From an uncultured Methylomirabilota bacterium (GTDB lineage: Bacteria; Methylomirabilota; Methylomirabilia; Methylomirabilales; 2-02-FULL-66-22), in the NCBI GenBank assembly GCA_963842855.1, contig CAWJHW010000004.1, positions 72,684 through 136,683 on the forward strand: 64,000 nt of DNA, written 5' to 3'. How positions within the stretch are numbered: position 1 is the first letter of the stretch; each line of letters opens with the position of its first letter. The notes below the pieces were generated by a model that had not been told where the DNA came from, did no database searches, and worked only from the letters and a program-made list of their open reading frames with translations. Positions 49,214 through 59,068 of the stretch are shown here, piece by piece. Position numbers and translations under genes: made by a program.

Positions 49214-49897
49214 ATGCCCACCATCACGGCGGACTAACGACGCCCTCCCCGGCATCCGGTACAACTCCCCCTCCGCCACAAGCAGAAAGCGCCCGCATCG
49301 CCGTGGACCGGCATCGGTTGGACGCACAACCTGAGCGAGGGGAGTGCCTGTGTGGAGCTCAACGAGCGGCTCAGACCCTCGACCCTGCTCCCGGTCTGCC
49401 TCCAGACAGAGCGCGGGGCCATCGAGGTAGAGGCCCGGGTCATCTGGGAAGTGGGGGCCGAGCGGGCAGGGGGGACGGAAGGTGGCATCCTTCACGGGGT
49501 GCTCTTCACGCACCTGGCCCCGGCCCAACTGCACCTGCTCCGCGACCTGCTCCTCTCCCGGCAGGGAGAGCGGCGCGCCGGGCTCCGGCTCCCTGCCGAC
49601 CTCGTCGTAACGTGTCGGCCCCAGGGGCAAGGGGACCTCCCGCTCCAGGGCCGGACTGAGGACCTCGGCCGGGGGGGCCTCTTGCTCCGGCTCACCAAGG
49701 CCTTTCCACCCGGGACGCCAGTCGAACTCACGTTGCACCAGCCGAGTGGTCCGGTCACCGCAGAGGGAGAGATCGTCTGGACGGACCCACCCGAGAAGTG
49801 CAAGCGCGGAGAGCCGATCCGCCACGGCGTCCGCTTCACAGCCCTCGGCTGGTCTCGGTCGCTCTCCCTGGCGCTCGTCCTCTCGCGGGCGGCGTAG
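49214..49897 (+). pseudogene. tandem PilZ-PilZ paralogue with TAA at codon 8
   Basis: MPTITAD*RRPPRHPVQLPL...GWTHNLSEGSACVEL...GRTEDLGRGGLLLRL aligns with 43797..44469. TAA is at 49235-49237. The next in-frame start (GTG 49352) would delete half of domain 1. Confidence 0.65.
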
Positions 49898-50129
49898 GTG
49901 GGCTCTCCCCTCTGTCGCGGCGCTCGCGGTGGTTGGGGGCCGGGCGGCCTCTGCACTGACGTCCCGGGAGCAGTCGGGCTACGATCGGCATCGGGGGCTG
50001 CCGGGGACACGGGCGGGACCGCGGACGTGCTCTCTGCGCCGCACCGGCGGGCCCGGTGGCCAGAGGATCCCTCTGTGGAGGCGTTGGCGATCGTCGGATG
50101 CTCCTGACAACTGGAGGCGCACCCTGCCC

Positions 50130-50795
50130 ATCCCATCGGAGGACTGTCGCAACCCGCGCTGGCCGATTCGGCTTCCCGTCCTCCATTGGCCCGACGATCC
50201 CCCGGCCCCGAGCGGGGGCGTGGGCTGGAGCCGCGACCTAAGTGAAGGGGGCGCCTGCCTGGAGCTGAACGAATGCCTGCAGCCGCAGCGGTCGCTTCGG
50301 CTTCGCCTCCAGACAGAGCGCGGGGCCATTGAGGCGGAAGCCCGAGTCGTCTGGGTGGGGGACCCGGCCTCTCCTGCGAGCGGCATCCCCCACGGCGTGA
50401 CCTTCACCCGCCTCGCCCCGGACCAGTGGCGGGCGCTCCACGACGTGGTGCACCGCAAGGCCGAGCGGGGAGACACGCGATTCCGCGTCCCGATCGACCT
50501 TCGCGTCACGTGCCACCCCATCGGCGCAGGGGGGCCGCTGATCGAGGGACGGACCGGGAATGTGAGTTGGGGAGGGCTCTTGCTTCGCCTCTCCGTGAGG
50601 TTCGCGCCCGGGACAGCCCTGGGAGTTACCCTGCACGCCCCGGGCGGGCCGCTCAAGACGGAAGGCGTGGTTGTGTGGGCCGAGTCGCCACAGCAACCGC
50701 CCCATGGGGGCCCTGTCCGGCACGGCTGCCAGTTCACAACGCTCGGCTGGGCCACCGCGCTGCCCCTGGGGCTCGTCGTGGCCGAGTCCTTGTAG
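50130..50795 (+). pseudogene. tandem PilZ-PilZ paralogue without a recognisable start codon
   Basis: IPSEDCRNPRWPIRLPVLHW...GWSRDLSEGGACLEL...GRTGNVSWGGLLLRL. ATC (50130) sits where the paralogues have ATG. The in-frame upstream sequence is Arg/Ser-rich read-through. Confidence 0.55.
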
Positions 50796-51447
50796 AGTCC
50801 GTCCTGGATCTCGCATCCCAGGACAGATCGTCTGCGAGCAGTAATTGCACCTGTCGGTGATGGAGGCACCGGTTGTCCTGAATGCCCCTGTCACTGTGTC
50901 GGTGCCATTTGGACGTAACGATCACCCTGGGTGGCTGGACACAGCACCCTCGCCGCTGACCGGCTGTAATTCCCAGAGCGGGGCTCCCCCCTCTCATGGA
51001 GCGAGAAGGCTGCTCATCGGCGTGAGGGGCTCCGAAACGCTGACCACCCAGCGAGGGGGCCAGCTGGGCAGGGGTTCCGCTCCGGGATGGGACACAGTTC
51101 CAGATTGGAAGACTGCGGAGGAAGATCGGGCAAAAACTCCGCAACAGTTCGTGACGGGTTATCCAGCGTTAGCGGTTGCCGCCGGGGCCAACTCGCACCA
51201 GTTGTGCCCTTCCGTTGCGAGTCCGGAGTCTCGCCCCCGACTGAATCCAGCGACTGACTGCCGTCGAGAAAAGGGGCAAATGTCTTGCCAGGTTCGCTCG
51301 CTCAGTTCATCTTCAAACATTGGCCCGGCGGGGGGGCAATGTACGCTGGTGAGTCGCTGGCCGGGTTGTCATTTTCGTGCTGACTCTAATCCCGTGCTAA
51401 AGTGAAAAGGCCGGAGACCTTCCTCCGGCTGGGGCGGGCGCAAACGG

Positions 51448-51891
51448 TCAGCGTATGCCGAGGCGTGCACAGAGCAGACCGAGGTACTTGTTCAGGGGGT
51501 GACTGCGGGGGAGAGAGCGGAATACGGGCTCCTTGCGGATGCCAAACTTTTTCAACTCCTCGAGGATGAGGCGGTTTCTGCCAAGCTTGAGTCCCCGGTA
51601 CAGGGTCTTAATGGCCAACTCCCTTTGTCCAGCGGCCAGATAGACGCGCCCGAGGTTGAGGTAGTGGATGGCCTGCCCCGGTTCCTGCTCCAGTGCCTCA
51701 AGGCAGAGGCTCGCGCCCTTTTCGAACTGGTGCCGCTCCCGTGCCAGGCAGTAGCCGAGGTAGGATGCGAGAAGCGGCGTGGAACCGTGGAGGGCAGCGT
51801 TTTCGAGGTGGATGAGCGCACCCAGGGTATTGCCCTGCTCGGCCGCGGCGGCCCCCCGTTCCACCTGCTGCAGGAAGTCATGACCGGTCAT
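51448..51891 (-). CDS. TPR-repeat protein
   Basis: 147 aa with about three TPR-like helical hairpins (ALIHLENAALHG, AIHYLNLGRVYLAAGQRELAIKTLYRGLKL). Confidence 0.6.
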   Translation of the reverse strand: MTGHDFLQQVERGAAAAEQGNTLGALIHLENAALHGSTPLLASYLGYCLARERHQFEKGASLCLEALEQEPGQAIHYLNLGRVYLAAGQRELAIKTLYRGLKLGRNRLILEELKKFGIRKEPVFRSLPRSHPLNKYLGLLCARLGIR

Positions 51892-52221
51892 AGCTCTTCC
51901 GTCCCTTGGCCAGCGGCCGCCACGCGGCCTGTTGTGCGCGGTAGCGAATGGTGTAAGCGATCACCCACCCCTCATTTGTACATTCCTATTGGTACATTTG
52001 TGAGGCATGCCAGAAGGACCGTCAAACTTCCCTTTTCTCCTCGGGCAAAGCGGCGTGCCTGGGCTTGCTGCGGCTGCGCTGCCTCAGCGGTTTTGCAAAA
52101 GCGTGTGACTTCACAATTGCCTCCGCCGTCGCGGTTCCTTAAGATGGTTCCAGGGTCAAGCCGCTCACCCAACGGAATGTGCAACACGTTTTGCCAAGGC
52201 TCCCTCTGGGAGAGATGCGGG

Positions 52222-52677
52222 TTAGCCGTTTTTCAGGAATTGAAAACGTCCAAACCTGCCCATCGGCACGGATAGTGGTGCCATGCGAAGACCGGCATCG
52301 GTAATCAGCGCCTCTCGAATCTGAGAACCGTTTCCAGAATCGTAAATTGCCTCATCATGAATGAATTTCTCCGAGAATGTCGTATCGACTGAAAGCCCAT
52401 CAAGAAACACTTCTCGGAATCTGAGATTGGCCAGATCCGCCTCGAGATAGCGGACATAAAGTTCCGTGACCGGTCCGGAGGGCGACGAATGGGCCGAGAG
52501 CTTTACCGGGGAATCCGACGTGTCAATTTGGCGAATGGGGGTGTGCTGGCTGACCATTCCCCAGTTCCCGAATGAGACTGCGGGACGATCCATGAAACCG
52601 ATCTCCTCGGCGATCAATAGGAGACGCTTGAAGCTTGCCTGATCGCAAATAGCGCGCCCGCTAAACAGGAGTTTCAT
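52222..52677 (-). CDS. hypothetical protein (lower-GC DNA)
   Basis: 151 aa from ATG 52677 (MKLLFSGRAICDQ). No motif recognised. Composition differs from the flanks. Confidence 0.35.
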   Translation of the reverse strand: MKLLFSGRAICDQASFKRLLLIAEEIGFMDRPAVSFGNWGMVSQHTPIRQIDTSDSPVKLSAHSSPSGPVTELYVRYLEADLANLRFREVFLDGLSVDTTFSEKFIHDEAIYDSGNGSQIREALITDAGLRMAPLSVPMGRFGRFQFLKNG

Positions 52678-52727
52678 AGACGTCTCCTCCTTCTCGCGCC
52701 CAATGCCCGCTTCATCATCCGGTATGA

Positions 52728-53100
52728 TCACGCGTCGAGGACGGCATACTCCTGCCTTTGAGGATCATTCCGATTCTCCGGAAAGGCGCCCATCTGCAAC
52801 GCCTGGCGCCCCGTCTCTTCCTCATTCACCGCCGTGACCATGGTGACGCCTGCCTCCGGGTCAATCTCCTGCACCCGCCCCAGCATCTTCGAGCCGACGG
52901 GACAGCCGACGACCATCACAGCCTTCTGCTCGAATGACAACCGGAGGCCGCAACGGCTCCCGGGACGGAGGATGCCCGGGTGCTCCAAGCGGGCACCGCC
53001 TATATTCGAGTCCAGGGTGCGGGCCTCGTGGCTCACCGTGACGTCGCCGGTCACCACTTCTCTGAACGTGAGCCGGCCGTATCGCCGTTTCGGGGAGTAC
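52728..53100 (-). pseudogene. PilZ remnant fused to a 23-aa receiver-gene fragment; no start codon
   Basis: KRRYGRLTFREVVTGDVTVSHEARTLDSNIGGARLE PilZ motifs lie upstream of the first possible start (GTG 53057). The frame is -1 relative to the preceding PilZ gene. 52781-52849 copies 53961-54029 (GVTMVTAVNEEETGRQALQMGAF). Confidence 0.5.
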
Positions 53101-53101
53101 T

Positions 53102-53491
53102 CTAACCTCGTGGCGCTCCTTCTGCCTGGTGGGCCAGCCGCCCGAGGTAGAGGCGGTGAAAGAGGGCATCTGCCTCGGATTCATAGCCGGCCAGTGCGAT
53201 CCCGTGGAAGACGCCCGCCGCCGTCTCTTCAGCCCAGACCACCCTCCCGCGAATCCGCAGGCCAAGACCGCCGATGTCACATCGGACCTCAATCTGCGTG
53301 CCCAGGGATACGGGTCTGTCCAAGCGGAGACAGCATCCAGCCGCAGAGAGATCCTGGAGGGTCCCCCGGAATACGACCCCGCCATCCAGGGGTTCCCCTT
53401 CGACGCGGTGCCAGGTAGGGTACCTGGGGAATTGCCGCCGCTCGGGACCGGACTTCCTGGCCATGGGTGCTCGCTCCCTCTGGTGACTCAT
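53102..53491 (-). CDS. PilZ-domain protein
   Basis: ERRQFPRYP...GTLQDLSAAGCCLRL. ATGA overlap with the upstream PilZ gene. Confidence 0.65.
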   Translation of the reverse strand: MSHQRERAPMARKSGPERRQFPRYPTWHRVEGEPLDGGVVFRGTLQDLSAAGCCLRLDRPVSLGTQIEVRCDIGGLGLRIRGRVVWAEETAAGVFHGIALAGYESEADALFHRLYLGRLAHQAEGAPRG

Positions 53492-53850
53492 CCGAACGTC
53501 GGCCAGGGTGGGAACTCCTCGTGGGCAATCTCTGCAACCAGTTCTCCGGGCAGCTCCTCGCTGAACTGGATCCCCAGGGCCCAGCCGGGAAACCTGGAGC
53601 GCGGCCGCACCCAGATGACGGTTCCCGTGAGGAAGAGGGGTGGGCGCCGACAGGGGCTCAGGGCCACCTCCACCTTCGCGCCGGGGAGGAGGGGTTTGGT
53701 CAGGCGCAGGAGCATCCCGCTCCGGCTCAGATTCTCCACTTCCCCCACATCGGGGCCGTCCGGACCCCCGACCGGCTCAGACACGGCTGGGACCCGAACG
53801 GGAAAGCGCGGAGCCACGGTACGCCAGAGCTCGAACGGCAGGCCCATCAC
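53488..53850 (-). CDS. PilZ-domain protein
   Basis: APRFPVRVPA...GEVENLSRSGMLLRL, 120 aa. Confidence 0.65.
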   Translation of the reverse strand: MMGLPFELWRTVAPRFPVRVPAVSEPVGGPDGPDVGEVENLSRSGMLLRLTKPLLPGAKVEVALSPCRRPPLFLTGTVIWVRPRSRFPGWALGIQFSEELPGELVAEIAHEEFPPWPTFG

Positions 53851-53882
53851 ATCCCCTCAGGGATCTGCCGACGGTACGCCCG

Positions 53883-54251
53883 TCACAGGGTCATCATCTG
53901 GATCTTGACCCAGAGGCTCCGCTCCAGGTATGTGAAGTCCAAGGGTTTGGTAATGTAGTCGAAGGCGCCCAGCTGGAGCGCCTGGCGGCCCGTCTCTTCC
54001 TCGTTCACCGCCGTGACCATGATGACGCCCACCTCGTGGTCCATCGCCCGCACCCGCTTCAGGACCTCCAGGCCGTTCATCCCGGGCATGCGCACGTCCA
54101 AGAGGATCACGTGGGGCCGTTCCTCCTTGACCTTCCGCAAGGCTTCCTCCCCGTCGGAGGCCGTGAGGACCTCGTACCCCTTGGCGACCAGGAACTCCTG
54201 GAGCATCTCGACCGCGTCCGGTTCGTCATCCACTACCAGAACCCGCGGCAT
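53883..54251 (-). CDS. single-domain CheY-like response regulator
   Basis: MPRVLVVDDEPD...VILLDVRMPGMNG...VIMVTAV...ITKPLD. Start taken at ATG 54251. Confidence 0.85.
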   Translation of the reverse strand: MPRVLVVDDEPDAVEMLQEFLVAKGYEVLTASDGEEALRKVKEERPHVILLDVRMPGMNGLEVLKRVRAMDHEVGVIMVTAVNEEETGRQALQLGAFDYITKPLDFTYLERSLWVKIQMMTL

Positions 54252-54285
54252 GGCACCCCCGCTCGTATGCGTGGCTGTCCGTCCC

Positions 54286-56785
54286 TCAAAGCGCCGGGGG
54301 CGCTTGGGGGCCGCCAAAGGGGAGGAAGACTGTGAAGGTGCTGCCCTTGCCCTCGCCCTCCGACTCGGCCCGGATGCGCCCGCCGTGCATCTCCACCAGG
54401 CGTTTGGTCAGGGCGAGGCCGAGACCGGTTCCCTCGTGCTTCTGGGCCTGGGTCGTCTCGAGCTGCACGAACTCCTGGAACAGCCGCGGCAGATCCTCGG
54501 CCTTGATCCCCACCCCGGTATCCGTCACGCGAATCTCAAGGAGAGTCCTGTCCGCAGCCGACCGACTGGCTGCGAGGCCGATCCTGCCATTGTCCGGGGT
54601 GAACTTGACCGCGTTGCTCAGGAGATTGAAGAGAATCTGCTTGAAGCGGACCGGATCGGCCCGGAGGGGTGGGAGGTCCGCCTCGATTTCGGCCTCGACG
54701 GTCTGCGCCTTCTTGTTGGCGAGCGCGCGGCCGATGACGAGGATGTCCTCCAGGGTGGCCCCCACCGGCAGGGTCTTCCGGCTGGAGAACGAACTTTCCC
54801 GCCTCGACCTTGGCGAGATCCAAGACATCGCTGATGAGCTGGAGGAGGTGCTTGCCCGCGTTGTCGATGTGCCCGAGGTACCGGGCCTGCTTCTCGGTGA
54901 GCGGCCCCACCCCCTCGCCCAACAGGAGTTCGGAGAACCCCATGATGGAATTGAGCGGCGTCCGGAGTTCGTGGGACATGTTGGCCAGGAACTCCGACTT
55001 GTGCCGGGAGGCCTCTTCAATCTGGCGCATGACCTCCTGAAGTCGAGCATTCGCAATGCGAAGTTCCCGGGTCCGGTCGTCCACGGTGGCCTCGAGCTGG
55101 ATGGCGGCCAGACGCTGCTCCTCGTAAAGCTGGCTGTTCTCCAGGGCCACAGCCATCTGGCGGGCAAAGGTCTCCAGGAGGCGCAGGTCTTCGGCGGAGA
55201 ATTGGCGCCCGGCCTCGGTATGGTTCAGGGTCAGCACTCCAATGAGGCGGTCCCGATATTTCAAGGGGGCCGCCATGCAGGCCAGCAGGGGCTCGTGCTG
55301 GAGGAGCTGCCGGTCGTGCCGGGGATCGGCGGCGTACTCATTCCAAATGAGCCCCCGTCCCGCCTCTGCCGCCCCCCCCGTGATGCCCTGGCCCAGGCGA
55401 TACCCCACCTGCCGCATAAAGTCGCCCAAGTTGAGCCAGGCTCGAGGCCTGAGAACCTGTTCGTCTTCATCCCAGAGATACAGCGTTCCGCTATGGGCTT
55501 GGATCAGGGTAACGACGCGGTTCACCAGCTCCCGGAACAGCGCCTGAAGGGGCCGCTCGCCCACAATGTCGCGGCTCAGATCCATTACGGATTGCAGCTC
55601 GCTCGTGCGTCGCCGCTCGCTCTCGTAGAGCCGGGCGTTCTCCCTGGTGATGGCGGCGTGGGCGGCAAAGGCTTGGAGCAGGCTCGTCTCCTCGTCGGAG
55701 AAGTCGTGGGGCACGCGCGTGTAGATCGCCAGGGCGCCCGTGACCCGGTCGCCGAAGGTCAGCGGCACGATGATGCACGAAACCAGGCCTTCCGCCATCG
55801 CCCAGGCCCGATTGATGAAGCGCGGATCTTGAGTGACATCCCGGCTGGTGACGGGCTGCCGCGTGGCGGCGGCAATACCCAGCAGCCCCTCGCCGGGGCG
55901 GAGTTTCAGGGTGAGCCCACCCCGCGCCTCGCGGAGGCCGACAGCGGCGACCGCCTGGAGCACCTCCGTCGATTCGATTCGCTCCCAGAGCCGGCCCGCG
56001 GTGCCCGGCAGAAGACGCTGGACGGCCGTGAGGATCTCCTGGCCGACGCGGACGGGATCCAACTCCCTCGCTAACGTGCGGGTCAGCTCGTTGAGTGTTG
56101 CGAGCTGTCGGCTGCGGGCACCCAGCGCCTCTTCGGCTCCCTGGCGTTCCGCGCGGGCGCGCAGGGAGACGGTGCCACACGCGAGGTCGTCTGCCAGTTC
56201 ACGGACGAGCCGTACTTCCTCCGCGTCAAAGGCATCCGGCTCCGCCGCATAGATGTTGAGGGCGCCGAGGGTCTGCCCCTCGGCCACCAGCGGAAGGGCG
56301 ATGGAGGAGGCATAGCCGCGCTTGGTCGCCTCGGCGCGCCAGGGGGCGAAACGGGGATCGGTCGGAATGTGGCGGGCGATGACGGGCTTGCCTGCCCGGA
56401 TGGCGGTGCCGGTAGGGCCTCGTCCCTGCTCTGTGTCGGCCCAGGTGATGTGGAGCGTCTCGAGGTAGCCCTCCTCATAGCCCGCCTGCGCCACCGGGCG
56501 CACGGTCTTCCGCTCGTCCTGCTCGGCGAAGCCGACCCACGCCAACCGGTAGCCGCCGGCCTCCACAAGGATCTCGCAGGTGGCGCGCAGGAACTCGGAT
56601 TCCTCCCGGGCGCGAACCAGCGTCCGGTTAAATCTCGTGAGCACCCTGAGAGCCCGGTGGACCCTGGGGAGCTTCCTCTCCTCATCCGCTGATGCCGGGA
56701 TTCCCTTGTGGCAGCTCGGCCCGTCGCCGGACACGGAACACCATCCTTTGTGTGGGGGAGCACGCGAGGCATCTGCCCCGAACAC
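54286..56785 (-). pseudogene. multi-GAF sensor histidine kinase, frameshifted between HisKA and HATPase_c
   Basis: Three GAF-like regions and HisKA (SEFLANMSHELRTPLNSI) are in frame 54536..56785. The ATP-binding domain (LLSNAVKFTP, GTGLGLALTKRLVEMHGG) is in frame 54286..55167. The switch is near 54770-54790. Confidence 0.8.
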
Positions 56786-56833
56786 AGGTCCCAGGACGAA
56801 CGCTTCGCGCCAGACACTCCTGCGGACGCATCC

Positions 56834-57403
56834 TCAAGAAGGCTTCTCGCCCTTGAAGACGATCTCCAGGACCGCGTGGATATCCGTGAGCTTGATCGGC
56901 TTCCGAAGCAACATCGCCGGCCCGTGCTCCAGGGCCGCCAGGGTGTCGTCGTGGTAGGGATAGCCGGTGATGAGGACGACCACGGCCTCAGGATCCCGCC
57001 GCTTGATGGCCTTGAGGACGCTGGCGCCACCGACTTCGGGCAGGAGGATATCGAGGAAGATGAGGTCGAAGGATTCTCGCCGGACGATGCGCAGGGCTTC
57101 CCGGCCGTCGCGGGCCAGGGCCACCGCGTACCCTTGGACCTCCAGGGCGGCCTTGAAGGCCTCCCGCACCACGGCCTCATCATCCACCACGAGGACGCGC
57201 CTGGGCGCGGGGGGATCGAGGGTGAGGGGGATCTGGTTGTCGGCGAGGAACTTCCGGAATACCGGCCGGGGGATCCGGTAGTGACCTCCCGGGACGCGGT
57301 AGGCTGTGAGCTTCCCGGCGCGGATCCAGCCAAACACGGTGACCCGCGTGACGTGGAGGAGCCGGGCGATCTCCCCGGTGCTCAGGGGCTTTTCCTCAAG
57401 CAC
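56834..57403 (-). CDS. excisionase-type HTH + receiver domain response regulator
   Basis: LSTGEIARLLHVTRVTVFGWIRAGKLTAYRVPGGHYRI (excisionase/MerR-like HTH), then VLVVDDE...LIFLDILLP...LRKPI receiver. Confidence 0.75.
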   Translation of the reverse strand: MLEEKPLSTGEIARLLHVTRVTVFGWIRAGKLTAYRVPGGHYRIPRPVFRKFLADNQIPLTLDPPAPRRVLVVDDEAVVREAFKAALEVQGYAVALARDGREALRIVRRESFDLIFLDILLPEVGGASVLKAIKRRDPEAVVVLITGYPYHDDTLAALEHGPAMLLRKPIKLTDIHAVLEIVFKGEKPS

Positions 57404-57575
57404 GGTCAGGCCCCCTTGGTCTGTTTTTCACAAGATTAACGTACTTACTCTCCCGGGTATTTGTCAATCAGAAAATGTGGCAGCCGCACCCATTTGCTGG
57501 TAGTCTCCACGCCAACCCGATTGCCTGTCTTCGGCCCAACTGAACACTCGAGAACCCACACCGACAGGAGGACTC

Positions 57576-57863
57576 ATGGCCATCCACGTGACAAAGACCC
57601 TGCAGAAGGCCCTGGTCGAGCTTCAGGCGGAGCGGGAGCGGATCTTCAAGCAGAGCGTCGCCATTCAGAAGGCATTGGCGGCAGGCGGGTCGCGGCGGCG
57701 GCCTGCCGTTCGGGGCCAGGCCGCGAGTCGTGGGAAGCGGGCGCGAAAAGGGATGAGCGCCGCCGCACGCAAGGCCGTGAGCCGACGGATGAAGGCGTAC
57801 TGGGCGAAGCGGAGGGCAGCGTCGGCGAAGGGCAAAGCGCGGGGGACGCAAAAGGCCGAGTAA
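57576..57863 (+). CDS. small basic coiled-coil protein, possible DNA-binding/nucleoid-associated
   Basis: 95 aa with a strong AGGAGGA RBS. N-terminal helix, then a Lys/Arg-rich tail (RKGMSAAARKAVSRRMKAYWAKRRA). Confidence 0.5.
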   Translation: MAIHVTKTLQKALVELQAERERIFKQSVAIQKALAAGGSRRRPAVRGQAASRGKRARKGMSAAARKAVSRRMKAYWAKRRAASAKGKARGTQKAE

Positions 57864-58352
57864 GTCACGCAGGCAAGCTGCTCCTCCGCATTGAGGACCC
57901 AAGCCGGGACCCCCCGATAGCAAAGCCGCCACCCATTTCACTGCATGCCGCGACCCATTCCGGCGGGGAAACCCGCCCGGCGCCTTGGGGTGGTCGCAGG
58001 AAGGAGCATGGCTGGAAAAGGAGGTGGCGGTGAGGAGGGACCTTTCCCTGAAGAGCGCCTCCCAGGCACGGTGACCGGGTTCGAGTCCTGCCCGGCCCCC
58101 CAAGCGGGGCGAATCTGGGCACTGGATGGAGCGATTACGCCTGCACGGAGAGGCGGGTGCGATACCCCGTGGTAGATGAACCCTGGGCGAGGTGAGCCGA
58201 AGAGGAGAGCGGTCAAGGCACTTCAAGAGGAACCGGAGGCCCGAAACACCACGACTGCCGAGGCGAACACCGACGGTTCACCTCCAGGTGACGCCACCGA
58301 GCCTGGCGAGGCCGCTGCCCCGTGGGAGCGCAGGTTCTGACACGGACGCGGT

Positions 58353-58919
58353 CTAGTCGGCCAGCCCGGTGATGTCATACCGGAAGCAGGTCCAGCCGAG
58401 TGTCGAGGGGGACGGGACCACGGCGGCAAAGGTGCCGGTCCCGCCAGGCGGGATAGTCCGCGGGAGGACGGCCGCCTCAGTCGTCGTGACGAGCTGATTG
58501 CGGGTGTCATAGAGCGCGAACCCGACGCTCACTTCGGACAGCGCCCGCTGCCCAACGTTCCGGTAGGTCCCCCGGATCTCTTCGCCCGGGGCCCCCTCGA
58601 GGTTCCGGATCTCCACGGCGGTTTCATCCGGGCACCGGAAGGTGTCGGCCGAGCGCAGCGGGAGGTCCAACGATTGGCTGCGACTGGTCTCCAACGCCTT
58701 CTGCCGCTTCAGCTTCGCCTGGATGTACTCGCACTCGGTCCAGGCCAGGGAGTCGGGCGGGAGATTCGCGCAGGCAATCTCGGCAGGCGCGTTGGTCTTG
58801 ACGTTTCCGGATCCAGACCAAGAGACAGTTGGGGTATATCCGGGAGCAGACGCCACGATAACGGCACTGAGCCAGAGGGTCGGCCAGAAAGCCACCATGG
58901 CGATGACGAGGGGTAACAT
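58353..58919 (-). CDS. secreted protein with a C-terminal FxLYD-like domain
   Basis: Signal-like MLPLVIAMVAFWPTLWLSAVIVASA. VGFALYDTRNQLV resembles the FxLYD domain motif. Start taken at ATG 58919. Confidence 0.5.
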   Translation of the reverse strand: MLPLVIAMVAFWPTLWLSAVIVASAPGYTPTVSWSGSGNVKTNAPAEIACANLPPDSLAWTECEYIQAKLKRQKALETSRSQSLDLPLRSADTFRCPDETAVEIRNLEGAPGEEIRGTYRNVGQRALSEVSVGFALYDTRNQLVTTTEAAVLPRTIPPGGTGTFAAVVPSPSTLGWTCFRYDITGLAD

Positions 58920-59068
58920 GGATCGCTCCTTAATGCATTCTCCCCGCTGCCCGAGAACCGTGCAGGAATTCGGATCAATCTCGGACAGAGTGCACCCGGT
59001 TACAGCGGTGGCCCCAGGGAGCTGGACAGAAACGTGAGCTCTTTCAGTGAAGCTCTGCCGGGTGCACC

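Noticed and set aside
50800-51447. ORFs 50845..51405 (+, 186 aa) and 50734..51144 (-, 136 aa) in the gap after the tandem-PilZ genes.
   Set aside because: They mutually overlap and have no motifs, RBS or coherent composition. I left the region unannotated rather than calling a gene.
58060-58110. tRNA-like T-loop GGGTTCGAGTCC followed by CCCCCCA.
   Set aside because: The flanking 5-nt stem strands (CCGGG/CCTGC) are not complementary. No acceptor, D or anticodon arms can be drawn. This is probably a chance match or a highly degraded fragment.
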